Below, in pieces: positions 37,058 through 45,789 of a DNA stretch of 64,000 nucleotides (position 1 is its first letter; every line of letters begins with the position of its first letter). Source of the DNA: Minisyncoccota bacterium (lineage in GTDB: Bacteria > Patescibacteriota > Minisyncoccia > Phycocordibacterales > UBA6065); contig DASTLR010000003.1 in NCBI GenBank assembly GCA_035714745.1, forward strand, positions 161 through 64,160, written 5' to 3'. The notes below the pieces were generated by a model. That model saw nothing but the letters and a program-made list of their open reading frames with translations, searched no databases and was not told where the DNA came from. The position numbers and the translations under genes are program-made.

Positions 37058-37185
37058 CAGCTGATTCCTATATTCCTAGCTATTTTTCGCAGTCAGCAGT
37101 TGCCAACTTTGAATTTGAAACACGTCTTCCCTCTGCCCTTCACCTTCTTCAATGTAGCGAGCAAATGATCACGCGATCATATCAC

Positions 37186-37842
37186 TTATTTGATCTCGAT
37201 CCAATTCCCTTCGCTGACGACCTCGACCTTTTCGTCTGCAACTTTGATGGCTGAAGCATCGTCGAGAGCGTACGTCTTTCGTCCGGTTCCCTCTACGGCT
37301 TTACGGATATTCTTCTCTCGCAACAGCGGGAACCATTTGGAATCGAGGTGAGGCAGCACATAAAAATCTACGAAACCAAGGCCCGGCATGTCTTCCTTTC
37401 GATCAAAGTCTTCTTCATAGACGATTTGAGATATCTTGAGCGACAGGTCGGGATTAGTGACCATGGTGCCCGCGCTGATGCCAGCATAGAGACGCGTCTC
37501 GAGCAATCGCGGCAATTCCGCGGCAAGGCCTGATTTATTCAACCATTCCATAAGGTGATAAGTATTGCCGCCGCCGACAAAGATCACGTCGGCCGCTTCC
37601 AATCGCGGCAGCCACTGCTTTTTCTCGAGCGCTGATATGTCTACGATATCGACAGACTTAAGGCCGAGCCTCTGTATCTGCGCCAGATTGTCGAGAAGCC
37701 ACCCTTTGTCGCCTGGCTCGACGTTCGCTGCCGTGGGTATGAAAGCAAGCGAAATCCGGCTCGCTTTCTTTCCTGCGAGCTCGAAAAAAGCCCCTTCTAT
37801 AGCCTTATTCGTTATTCCTGCCGATGTAAGAAGTAATTTCAT
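37186..37842 (-). CDS. Peptidase E (S51 family dipeptidase/cyanophycinase-like)
   Basis: The protein begins MKLLLTSAG and contains VGGGNT and the catalytic Ser region AGISAGT. Length is 218 aa. Confidence 0.75.
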   Translation of the reverse strand: MKLLLTSAGITNKAIEGAFFELAGKKASRISLAFIPTAANVEPGDKGWLLDNLAQIQRLGLKSVDIVDISALEKKQWLPRLEAADVIFVGGGNTYHLMEWLNKSGLAAELPRLLETRLYAGISAGTMVTNPDLSLKISQIVYEEDFDRKEDMPGLGFVDFYVLPHLDSKWFPLLREKNIRKAVEGTGRKTYALDDASAIKVADEKVEVVSEGNWIEIK

Positions 37843-39121
37843 TTAAGCGCATGGTCTCCTGCGTCCCCCTCTCCATGTCTTTGACCACGACCTTGCCTTC
37901 TTTGGCCTCGTTGGGGCCGTAGATGAGGGCGTACGGGATGCCCTTGTCGCTCGCGTAGCCGAGCTGCTTCTTCATGTCGCCCGGCTCGAAATAGAGGATG
38001 GCGTTCACCCCGGCCGCGCGCAGGTCGCTCGCGAGCTCAAGGTAGTCGTCGGTCAGGCTCTCGTCCAGGTTGACGATGAGCGCGCGAGCGGTAGAACGAG
38101 CAGGAGCGATCAGGCCGAGCTCCTCGAGAGCGGCATAAAGCCTGTCTAGGCCAATGCTGGCCCCTACTGCCGGCACCTGCCTGCCCGAGAACATGCCGAC
38201 GAGGCCGTCATAGCGGCCGCCCGAGAGCACGCTGCCGAAGGCGGGCAGAGCGGTCAGGTTCGTCTCGAAGATCAGTCCCGTGTAATAGTCTAGGCCGCGA
38301 GCGATGGAGAAGTCGATGACGAAGCGCGCTTCCGCCAGCTCGTACGCCATCTCGACGATAGCGACCAGTCTCTTCAGGGGCACTCTGACGCTCGGGAAGG
38401 CCTGGGCTACCTCTTCGAGCTCGGCCACGTTCTCTATCCCGTCGATGGACGTCTCGGCAAAAGCGGCGACTTGCTCGACCAGGGCCGGCTTGATGCCTGC
38501 CTTGGCAAGCTCCTCGGCCACACCCTCCTTGCCTATCTTGTCGATCTTGTCTACGGCGCGAATGGCCGCGACCTTCTCTTCAGCGCTCAAACCGAGCGAG
38601 TCATAGAACGCGCTGATGATCTCCCGCGAATTGACGCGCACCACGAAATCGGACGCCTTGACGCCCAGCTTCTGCAGGGTGCCGGCGGCCAGGGCCAGGA
38701 TCTCGGCATCGGCCAGGGGCGACGTCGAGCCGACGATGTCCGCGTCGCACTGGTAGAACTCGCGGAAGCGGCCCTTTTGGGTGTTCTCGGCGCGCCAGAC
38801 CGGCGAGACCTGGTAGCGCTTGAAGGGCTTCTTGAGGTCGCCGTTCATGGCCACTACGCGAGCCAGAGGGATGGTCAGGTCGTAGCGCAGGGCCACGTCG
38901 CGGTCGCCGTTGTCGCGGAAGCGGTACATGAGCTTGTCGCCCTCGTCGCCGTACTTGCCGGTGAGCACTTCCGCGTACTCCAAAGCCGGCGTCTCGAGCG
39001 GCTCGAAGCCGAACGTCCTGTACGACGACTTGATGGCCTCGATCATGCGCTCGCGAGCGATCTGCCGCTCCGGCAGGAAATCGCGGAAGCCCTTGAGGAT
39101 CTTTGGTTCTATCTGTGGCAT
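37805..39121 (-). CDS. hisS: Histidyl-tRNA synthetase (copy 1, ~60% GC)
   Basis: Contains KGFRDFLP, RYDLTIPLARVVA, FREFYQCDADIVG and GGRYDGLV, plus a C-terminal anticodon-binding domain. Length is 438 aa. Confidence 0.9.
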   Translation of the reverse strand: MPQIEPKILKGFRDFLPERQIARERMIEAIKSSYRTFGFEPLETPALEYAEVLTGKYGDEGDKLMYRFRDNGDRDVALRYDLTIPLARVVAMNGDLKKPFKRYQVSPVWRAENTQKGRFREFYQCDADIVGSTSPLADAEILALAAGTLQKLGVKASDFVVRVNSREIISAFYDSLGLSAEEKVAAIRAVDKIDKIGKEGVAEELAKAGIKPALVEQVAAFAETSIDGIENVAELEEVAQAFPSVRVPLKRLVAIVEMAYELAEARFVIDFSIARGLDYYTGLIFETNLTALPAFGSVLSGGRYDGLVGMFSGRQVPAVGASIGLDRLYAALEELGLIAPARSTARALIVNLDESLTDDYLELASDLRAAGVNAILYFEPGDMKKQLGYASDKGIPYALIYGPNEAKEGKVVVKDMERGTQETMRLNEITSYIGRNNE

Positions 39122-39232
39122 AGATATAGCTTAGCAGAAGCGTGGTCTAATCACCAGAATCTTGGACTAGCGGCAAACGAAATCCCCCTTTCGGGGAAAA
39201 TCTCGGAGGCAGAAGCCATTATTTGCTGACAG

Positions 39233-39733
39233 CTAAAGTATAGTTTTATTCTCCAGGATGTCAGATATCCTCTTCATGATATGGTCTTGTACTTCTCCCC
39301 AATCAAAGTATTCTTTGTAATCTTTTGGATTGATTAGTTTTATCTCGGTGATGTCTCCGTCAGGGTCGGCGATGAATGGTCCATATGGCTCAACGATGCA
39401 AAGAGTGCGGCTTTGATTAACCGTACGCCCCGGCATAAGAATATTTTGATAGCCAAGCGGTATCTGGCGAAGCACTCGCATGTTGGATTCTTCTTTAACT
39501 TCCCTCTCCGTCGCTTCGGCAAGCGATTCGCCTGCTTCTATCCTTCCTCCGATCGGTGTCCACCTCTCACGGCTCTTGTCATAGACAAGTACCATCTTGC
39601 CATTGCAGATGCAGACGGCGCCAATGCTCTCGAAGGGCAGATGTTTGACTTCATCGTATGATTCGATATCTCGGTATGTCACGTCGACTAGTCCTTCCGT
39701 ACGGCTTTGGATCTTAATCTTTATTTCCATCAC
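39233..39733 (-). CDS. NUDIX hydrolase
   Basis: The Nudix box is GGRIEAGESLAEATEREVKEESN. Length is 166 aa. GC is low. Confidence 0.8.
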   Translation of the reverse strand: MMEIKIKIQSRTEGLVDVTYRDIESYDEVKHLPFESIGAVCICNGKMVLVYDKSRERWTPIGGRIEAGESLAEATEREVKEESNMRVLRQIPLGYQNILMPGRTVNQSRTLCIVEPYGPFIADPDGDITEIKLINPKDYKEYFDWGEVQDHIMKRISDILENKTIL

Positions 39734-40002
39734 GAAAGTATATCACTTGCTTTTTATAAAGATATTCAATAGAGTTTTGAGGCTATGACCGCATATCACA
39801 GCCACACGAATACGAATCTCATCAAGTCCTGCATGCGCGGAGCCGCCCAGGCGACCTTCGTCATGGATTCGAGCATTCTATTGCGTATAGCCGATATGCG
39901 TTAAACCTCTCCTCACCGCAGAATTGACCCATCCCGGCTGGACGCAAGCCGGGATTTCTTTTGCCCGCGCCCTATCCAGCATTAATCGTTAGTTCCTTAG
40001 AT

Positions 40003-40605
40003 ATGACCATGAAAGCACAAGACAAAAGCGCTCGGCACGTCGTATTCCTCCGCGGCAAGAAGACCTTCTTGCGACCGCTTGAAGAAGGCGACCTGCCGCT
40101 CTTGACCAGGTGGATCAATGACCCAGAAGTGACCAGGTATCTGACGGCCTATCTGCCTCAGAGCCTGGAGAGCGAGAAGGAATGGTTCGCCAAGCTGAAA
40201 AGCAACAAGAACGAGGTCACCCTGGGGATCTGCACGCTCGACGGCACCCTGATCGGCGTGATGGGCACCCATCACATCAATTGGAAGGATGGCACGACTA
40301 CGACCGGAGCCTTCATCGGAGAGAAGAAGCTCTGGGGCAAGGGCTACGGGACCGATGCCAAGATGCAGCTCCTTAACTATTGCTTCAACGAGCTCGGCCT
40401 CCGCAAGATCATGTCTCGGGTCATCGCCTTTAACGGCCGCAGCCTAGCATACAGCAAGCACTGCGGCTACGTAGTCGAGGGCACATCCCGTCTCGAGGTC
40501 TTCAAGGGAGGCCAGTATTGGGACGTCATCGATCTTGGCCTCTTCAAGGAGGAATGGCTCCCCTATTGGCAGAAGTATCAGAGAGGCCTGAAAAAGGCAC
40601 GCTAG
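40003..40605 (+). CDS. GNAT N-acetyltransferase, RimJ/RimL (Acetyltransf_3) family
   Basis: The N-terminal segment LRPLEEGDLPLLTRWINDPEVTRYL is typical of RimL/RimJ. The acetyl-CoA region is LWGKGYGT. The start is taken at the ATG at 40003. Confidence 0.75.
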   Translation: MTMKAQDKSARHVVFLRGKKTFLRPLEEGDLPLLTRWINDPEVTRYLTAYLPQSLESEKEWFAKLKSNKNEVTLGICTLDGTLIGVMGTHHINWKDGTTTTGAFIGEKKLWGKGYGTDAKMQLLNYCFNELGLRKIMSRVIAFNGRSLAYSKHCGYVVEGTSRLEVFKGGQYWDVIDLGLFKEEWLPYWQKYQRGLKKAR

Positions 40606-40611
40606 CGACAA

Positions 40612-40636
40612 GCCCGGCACAGCGCCGGGCTTTTTT
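40612..40636 (+). terminator. Rho-independent terminator after the GNAT gene
   Basis: GCCCGGC-acagc-GCCGGGC followed by TTTTTT. Confidence 0.8.
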
Positions 40637-41111
40637 ATGCCGTAGCTGACATCCCGAGCATTCTCTCGAATTCCTTTCGATACTTCTCGAGAGTGTGCGC
40701 GAACCCCGTATGGAGCGGCTGGGGCAAAGCGTCGAGGGCGAACCAGCTGATCTCTGCCATTTTTTCAGGCTCGCAGATGCTGACGCGGGCAGGATCGACC
40801 CTTACAAAGAACGGCGCGGCGATCCAGTGCGTCATAACGCCGTTCTGCTCCCGAAAGATGTCATGCGCGGGCAGAGAGCCGATGATCTCTCCCTCGGCGC
40901 CGTATTCCTCTCTGACCTCCTGGAGCGCGTTCTCCTCGAGCGAGAGGTCGAATTCGAGCTTTCCCGAGCCTGGGTCCCAGCGCCCGTGCTCGTCGCGACA
41001 GTTCTCCGTCCTCTTGTGCATGAGGAGTCGTCCCTTCCCGTCTGTGCAGTAGAAGGGCGTCGTGACGCCCACGAAATCGATGCCGATCTTCATAGTGTTT
41101 CTCTTATGCAC
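40635..41111 (-). CDS. NUDIX hydrolase
   Basis: The Nudix box is GSGKLEFDLSLEENALQEVREEYG. Length is 158 aa. Confidence 0.75.
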   Translation of the reverse strand: MHKRNTMKIGIDFVGVTTPFYCTDGKGRLLMHKRTENCRDEHGRWDPGSGKLEFDLSLEENALQEVREEYGAEGEIIGSLPAHDIFREQNGVMTHWIAAPFFVRVDPARVSICEPEKMAEISWFALDALPQPLHTGFAHTLEKYRKEFERMLGMSATA

Positions 41112-41179
41112 TGTATTGTACCAAAATAAAAAACCACTTATCCCGAAGGAAGAGTGGTGAGAAAGCGCGGGGGCGCGAT

Positions 41180-41251
41180 GGGACTCGAACCCACAACCGT
41201 AGGTTCCACAAACCTGCGCTCTACCATTGAGCTACGCGCCCACACTGCAAA
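41180..41251 (-). tRNA. tRNA-His (anticodon GTG). Canonical cloverleaf with C73 discriminator, but the genomic -1 position is T, not G.
   Basis: The sequence is GGGCGCGTAGCTCAATGGTAGAGCGCAGGTTTGTGGAACCTACGGTTGTGGGTTCGAGTCCCATCGCGCCCC. The acceptor stem is 7/7. The D stem is GCTC/GAGC. The anticodon loop is TTGTGGA. The T loop is TTCGAGT. CCA is not encoded. The 5' flank is ...GTGT. Confidence 0.85.
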
Positions 41252-41274
41252 AGAGCTGACAAACGATATATTAC

Positions 41275-42624
41275 TTATTGCGCCGAGGCTGTCAATATCC
41301 GGTTCGTCACAAAGACGATATTCTCGGCTGCCACCTCCGACTGCTTCTTCAGCCTCGTATCTTTTACCTGGGCTAACCCTTTGGCCATTTCGTTGCCGCC
41401 GGCGATTACGATCACGGGGATTCCACGACGAAGCGCATAAGCGAGCTGGGCTTTCAGGTTAGTTTCCTTTCCTAGATAGAGCTCGGCTCGGATCATACCT
41501 TTACGAAGGATACCCGTGATCGACTGGCAGTAGCTCTCGGCATCGGGATCGAAGTTGAGGACGATGGCTTGAACTGTCGTTCCCTCCTTCTTTACCAGGC
41601 CGAGCGATTCCATGGCCGCAAACAGGCGGTCGACTCCGACCGAAGCACCCGTAGCAGGAATGCTCTGGCTTCCGAAGCGCGACACGAGGTCGTCGTAACG
41701 TCCTCCCGAAAAAACGCTGCCGATCGAGGGAAGGTCGAGCAGCGTCGTCTCGAAGACAGGCCCCGTGTAGTAACCGAGGCCGCGCGCAACCGAGAGATCG
41801 ACCTTCCATGCCGACCTCGGCACTCCGAGGGAATCGACCCCTTTCACGATGGCGCGGAGCTCGTCGATGCCTTCGAGCGCGACAACCGATTCTTTCATCA
41901 GGTCAGCCAATCCGTCGAGCGTCGCGTCGATGGTGTCGCCCTGGGTGCCCAAGAATGTGCTCAGTTTGGCGATCTGAGCCTTGGTAAGCTCTTTTTGAGC
42001 GAGCTCGTCCGATACCCCCTGCCAGCCTATCTTGTCGATCTTGTCGAGGATGCGCAGGATGTCAGGATTGAGGGTGCCGTCATACTCAACGAATGCAGGC
42101 AGGCCGTTCAGGACCTTCCTGTTGTTGACGCGGATCTGGAAGCGTTCCAGCCCCAAAGCCTTCATCGTCTCATACATGAGCGAGACGATCTCTGCGTCGG
42201 CGCTAGTCCGGGCCGATCCGACGATATCCGCGTCGAATTGCACGAACTCGCGGAACCTGCCCGCTTGCGCCTTTTCGCCGCGCCAGACCTTTCCCGTGTG
42301 ATAGCGCTTGAACGGCAAGTCGAGCTTGTCCGAATAGAGCGATACCACGCGAGCGAGCGGCACGGTCAGATCGAAGCGGAGAGCCAGGCCCTCGTTGTTC
42401 CCCTTCAGCCCCGTCTTAAAGATCTGCATGCCGAAGTTGGAATCGCCACCTGTCAAGATAGCCTCCCTTTCGATACCGGGGGTATCGATCGGGGCAAATC
42501 CGAACCGCTCGAAAACGGCCCTGATCGTGTCGAACATCTTCTGCCGGGGGATCATATCCTCGGGCAGGTAGTCTTTAAAGCCTGAAGCGAGTTCAGGGCT
42601 GATCCGTATGTCAGAGTTCATCAT
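41275..42624 (-). CDS. Histidyl-tRNA synthetase paralog (copy 2)
   Basis: Contains SGFKDYLP, RFDLTVPLARVV, FREFVQFDADIVG and GGRYDDLV, plus a C-terminal anticodon-binding-like domain (VIVIAGGNE). About 50-55% identity to copy 1. Length is 449 aa. Confidence 0.85.
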   Translation of the reverse strand: MMNSDIRISPELASGFKDYLPEDMIPRQKMFDTIRAVFERFGFAPIDTPGIEREAILTGGDSNFGMQIFKTGLKGNNEGLALRFDLTVPLARVVSLYSDKLDLPFKRYHTGKVWRGEKAQAGRFREFVQFDADIVGSARTSADAEIVSLMYETMKALGLERFQIRVNNRKVLNGLPAFVEYDGTLNPDILRILDKIDKIGWQGVSDELAQKELTKAQIAKLSTFLGTQGDTIDATLDGLADLMKESVVALEGIDELRAIVKGVDSLGVPRSAWKVDLSVARGLGYYTGPVFETTLLDLPSIGSVFSGGRYDDLVSRFGSQSIPATGASVGVDRLFAAMESLGLVKKEGTTVQAIVLNFDPDAESYCQSITGILRKGMIRAELYLGKETNLKAQLAYALRRGIPVIVIAGGNEMAKGLAQVKDTRLKKQSEVAAENIVFVTNRILTASAQ

Positions 42625-42728
42625 TAGCCTCCAATTTTGTGTTTCTGCCTCTGATCACAAACTACTGTAAAAAACGAAAAAGTCAATCACTGCGACAGAA
42701 AAAAGCCTTCCACCTGGAAGGCTTGATA

Positions 42729-43547
42729 CTAAGACATCGCCGCGAGGACTTCGATGACACCAGACGTCACTTCGCCCCTTGCCGTATAGGCGCACTTAGA
42801 TTTGAATTCGGGTGAAGCGTTGGCAACGGCGCAGTGGACGACCCCCTCTTTTGGATGGTAATCGGTCATGCTGTCTCCGACGACTATCACTTGGCGGCCG
42901 GGATATTTCGCCTCAACCCATGGAATCGCCTGCGCTTTCATGGTGCCAAAGTGATGGATAATGCAGATGCCGTAGTCATCGTTCATATCGACATCGAAGG
43001 CACACTCCTGCTTACCCGAGCGAGCAAGGAATTCACCGCATAGCTTCCTCATCAATCCGGCGCTCCGAGCCCATCGCCCTTGCGATTTTTCGAGCGCGTA
43101 GAAGCTCAGACTGGCCCTGCGAAGACTATTAACGAGAACGGCGCGCGAAGCGCTCGACGGAGCCTCCATACCCGGCAACTGTCGGGACAGGTTGTTCACA
43201 TCATGACAAGACACAAGCGCACCGATAGCCAAGGAATAATCGATGATACGCTTCCACGCCCCATCAAATACGTCTGATCGGTCTCCCAGTATTGCCGCCG
43301 GCTCCGCGCCATAACTCTCCCCAGCGATCGCGCAAGCCCCTTTTTCAGCGATTATCGGTCCCGTATGGGACCATTGGTCCATATAAGCCTTTATCGTCTC
43401 TATCGCCGAATCAGAGCTGACGCCGACGATATGTCCTGCAGCGACCGTCCTCCCAATCGCCACGCGAAGCTCCTCAACCGCAGTCGTCGGGCGATAATTC
43501 TTACCGATGACTGTATTGTCCAGGTCCAAAAGAAATATCTTTTTCAT
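42729..43547 (-). CDS. HAD-superfamily phosphatase (Cof/HAD-IIB-like)
   Basis: Motif I is LLDLDNTV and motif IV is VGDSMTD. Length is 272 aa. Confidence 0.7.
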   Translation of the reverse strand: MKKIFLLDLDNTVIGKNYRPTTAVEELRVAIGRTVAAGHIVGVSSDSAIETIKAYMDQWSHTGPIIAEKGACAIAGESYGAEPAAILGDRSDVFDGAWKRIIDYSLAIGALVSCHDVNNLSRQLPGMEAPSSASRAVLVNSLRRASLSFYALEKSQGRWARSAGLMRKLCGEFLARSGKQECAFDVDMNDDYGICIIHHFGTMKAQAIPWVEAKYPGRQVIVVGDSMTDYHPKEGVVHCAVANASPEFKSKCAYTARGEVTSGVIEVLAAMS

Positions 43548-43653
43548 AGTTCTCTCCTGCCCTGAACCTTATAGCAATTCCTTGCAATGTCAATAGAAAT
43601 CACCGCCACGGAGGTTCTTGACTAGTTCATCTGCTGATATAGTATGCAAGTAG

Positions 43654-44526
43654 TTGATCCTTAACCTAACGAATATGCAAAAAGAAATTGTCGGACTCAC
43701 GACTTTTCACGGTTCTGAACCCGGGAAAACAGTCGCTATCATGGCCGGTGTTCACGGAGATGAGCCCTGCGGCCTCCGTGCGCTCGAAGCCCTTGCCAAG
43801 GATTTGATCGTCAAGCGGGGAACGGTCCATTTCCTCATCGGTAATCCAGAGGCCATCAAGCTAAATAGGCGCCAGTTCGAGTGGAATCTCAATCGAGCGT
43901 TTAGGCCGGACATCGTAGAAAATTCTCTTACGTCGTATCAACGGAAAAGCTATGAGCGCAAGCGAGCACTCGAGATAATGGAGGTGCTAAAAGAATGCGA
44001 TGCGCTACTGGATATCCATTCGTCGATGTCGATAGAAAGCACGCCGTTCATCATCTGTGAGAAGTCCGCTTTCCCGATAGCCCGTCGCCTTCCCTTTTCT
44101 ATCCTTTCCTTTGGATGGGACGAAATCGAGCCCGGAGGCACTGATTATTTCATGAGCGCTCATGGCAAGATCGGCATATGCATAGAATGCGGATGTCACC
44201 TAGATTCAAGCGCGCCCGCGATCGCCGAAAAGTCTGCAAGGACGTTCTTGACGCTCATGGGTTCGATTGACGGAGATATCCCGCCCGTGACAAAGAAGAG
44301 GCTCATTGATGCGTATAGGGTCTATCATCCCTCAGGGGACTTTGTCCCAGCGAAGGAATTTGCTGATTTTGCCCCGCTCAGCACAGGAGAACTCATTGGA
44401 ATGGACGGGCGAATCCCTATTTACGCAGGCAAGGACGAGGTGATTATTTTTTGCAGAAAGTGCAATAAGCCGGATGATGAGGCGTTTATCCTTGGCCGTG
44501 AGATATTCGGATATTTGCGAGACTGA
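43654..44526 (+). CDS. Succinylglutamate desuccinylase/aspartoacylase (AstE/AspA) family zinc hydrolase
   Basis: The zinc-binding segment is GVHGDEPCG, followed by a later His/Glu segment. Length is 290 aa. GC is low. Confidence 0.6.
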   Translation: MILNLTNMQKEIVGLTTFHGSEPGKTVAIMAGVHGDEPCGLRALEALAKDLIVKRGTVHFLIGNPEAIKLNRRQFEWNLNRAFRPDIVENSLTSYQRKSYERKRALEIMEVLKECDALLDIHSSMSIESTPFIICEKSAFPIARRLPFSILSFGWDEIEPGGTDYFMSAHGKIGICIECGCHLDSSAPAIAEKSARTFLTLMGSIDGDIPPVTKKRLIDAYRVYHPSGDFVPAKEFADFAPLSTGELIGMDGRIPIYAGKDEVIIFCRKCNKPDDEAFILGREIFGYLRD

Positions 44527-44576
44527 TCACTAATCGATAGCACGTGAATGCTATCGAATTTTATTTTCGAATCTAA

Positions 44577-45464
44577 TTATTCGAGCAGCGAAAAAAAAGC
44601 CTTGTTAAATTTATCCGCGCTTATGTCAAACGCTACCCTGGCCGCATACTTCCCCCCCGAGAATACTTCGCCTTCCCTTAATCCCGAGACGTGTATACCT
44701 ACCATATCTTCTTTAAAAGACAGGTATTCACCCGTAACCGCCGCAGCTAGAGTCAGCGGGTCATATAACTCGAATGATCGTTTTTTGGGGTAGCCAAAGA
44801 AGCGATACCAATTCTCGACCGCCTCACTGACGAAGCGAATCACGGCGCCTTGGCCTAAATTCTTGAGAGAGCTGTCCGAGACGAGGCAACGGTTCGTGAC
44901 ATCTAGAGGTACTATATAAACGTCTTTTGCGTTTTGCAGGATCGTTTCCACCGCCTTCGGGTCTTGGAAAAAATTATATTCTGCATATTCTGTCTGATTT
45001 CCCGGCACGTTGAAAGCGCCGCCCATGAGATATATCTTCTCTATGTTCTCTGCAACCTTCGGATTCTTAGCTATCGCCCTGGCTATGTTGGTAGGAGCCG
45101 CCAGGCATATGATATTAACTTTTCTTTCGCGGGCCATTCTTGCTATGAAATCGCTCGCCTCTTCGTTAGCCTTTGACCCAGTCGGCGCAGGTAGCGAGAC
45201 GTCGCATATACCGTTTGTTCCGTGGTAATCATATGCATGTACGAACTCGCTACCGGTGATCGATTTAGACGCCCCTGCATATACGGGTACATTCCAGCCG
45301 ATGAGTCCCGCGATCCTTAGCGTGTTCTCCGTCGCCTCCTCGAGCTTTACATTGCCACCACAAACGGTTATGCCAAGAACGTCTTCCTTACAGAGCTTAG
45401 CGGCCAATATGATGGCTAGGGCGTCATCTATTCCGGTATCGACATCTATGATTATATTTTTCAT
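44577..45464 (-). CDS. Nucleoside hydrolase (inosine-uridine preferring IUNH family)
   Basis: The signature IIDVDTGIDDALAI (DxDxxxDD) is present. The internal ATG start gives MKNIIIDVD. GC is low. Confidence 0.85.
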   Translation of the reverse strand: MKNIIIDVDTGIDDALAIILAAKLCKEDVLGITVCGGNVKLEEATENTLRIAGLIGWNVPVYAGASKSITGSEFVHAYDYHGTNGICDVSLPAPTGSKANEEASDFIARMARERKVNIICLAAPTNIARAIAKNPKVAENIEKIYLMGGAFNVPGNQTEYAEYNFFQDPKAVETILQNAKDVYIVPLDVTNRCLVSDSSLKNLGQGAVIRFVSEAVENWYRFFGYPKKRSFELYDPLTLAAAVTGEYLSFKEDMVGIHVSGLREGEVFSGGKYAARVAFDISADKFNKAFFSLLE

Positions 45465-45789
45465 TTTGATGATTAAGCGGACATACCCGATAAACCGAAA
45501 CACCTCCACAATCGAGAGGTGTTTTAGCTAAATTTTAAATTATCGCTCCAAACACCCTACGAAATGATTCCGTGATGGTGGGAGTTATAGACGATGCTAC
45601 CTGTGTGCGCAACCATATTAGTAATGCAAATAATACACTTTGCTTACCAAAAAAGTAGTTGACAAATGTATAAATTGTATCCGGATTATTGACAAGCGGT
45701 ACGGGTATTCTATCCTTAAGGCAGAAATGGCTTCGCCTAACTGCGAGGCCGTGCGTTAGTTAACATGTTACAGACCATGCAGGTGATAC

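Noticed and set aside
45640-45720. Possible promoter with two TTGACA hexamers upstream of the PRTase-like gene
   Set aside because: No acceptable -10 element lies at 16-18 nt spacing from either -35 (TATAAAT is too close, and TATCCT is weak). This is not supportable from sequence alone.
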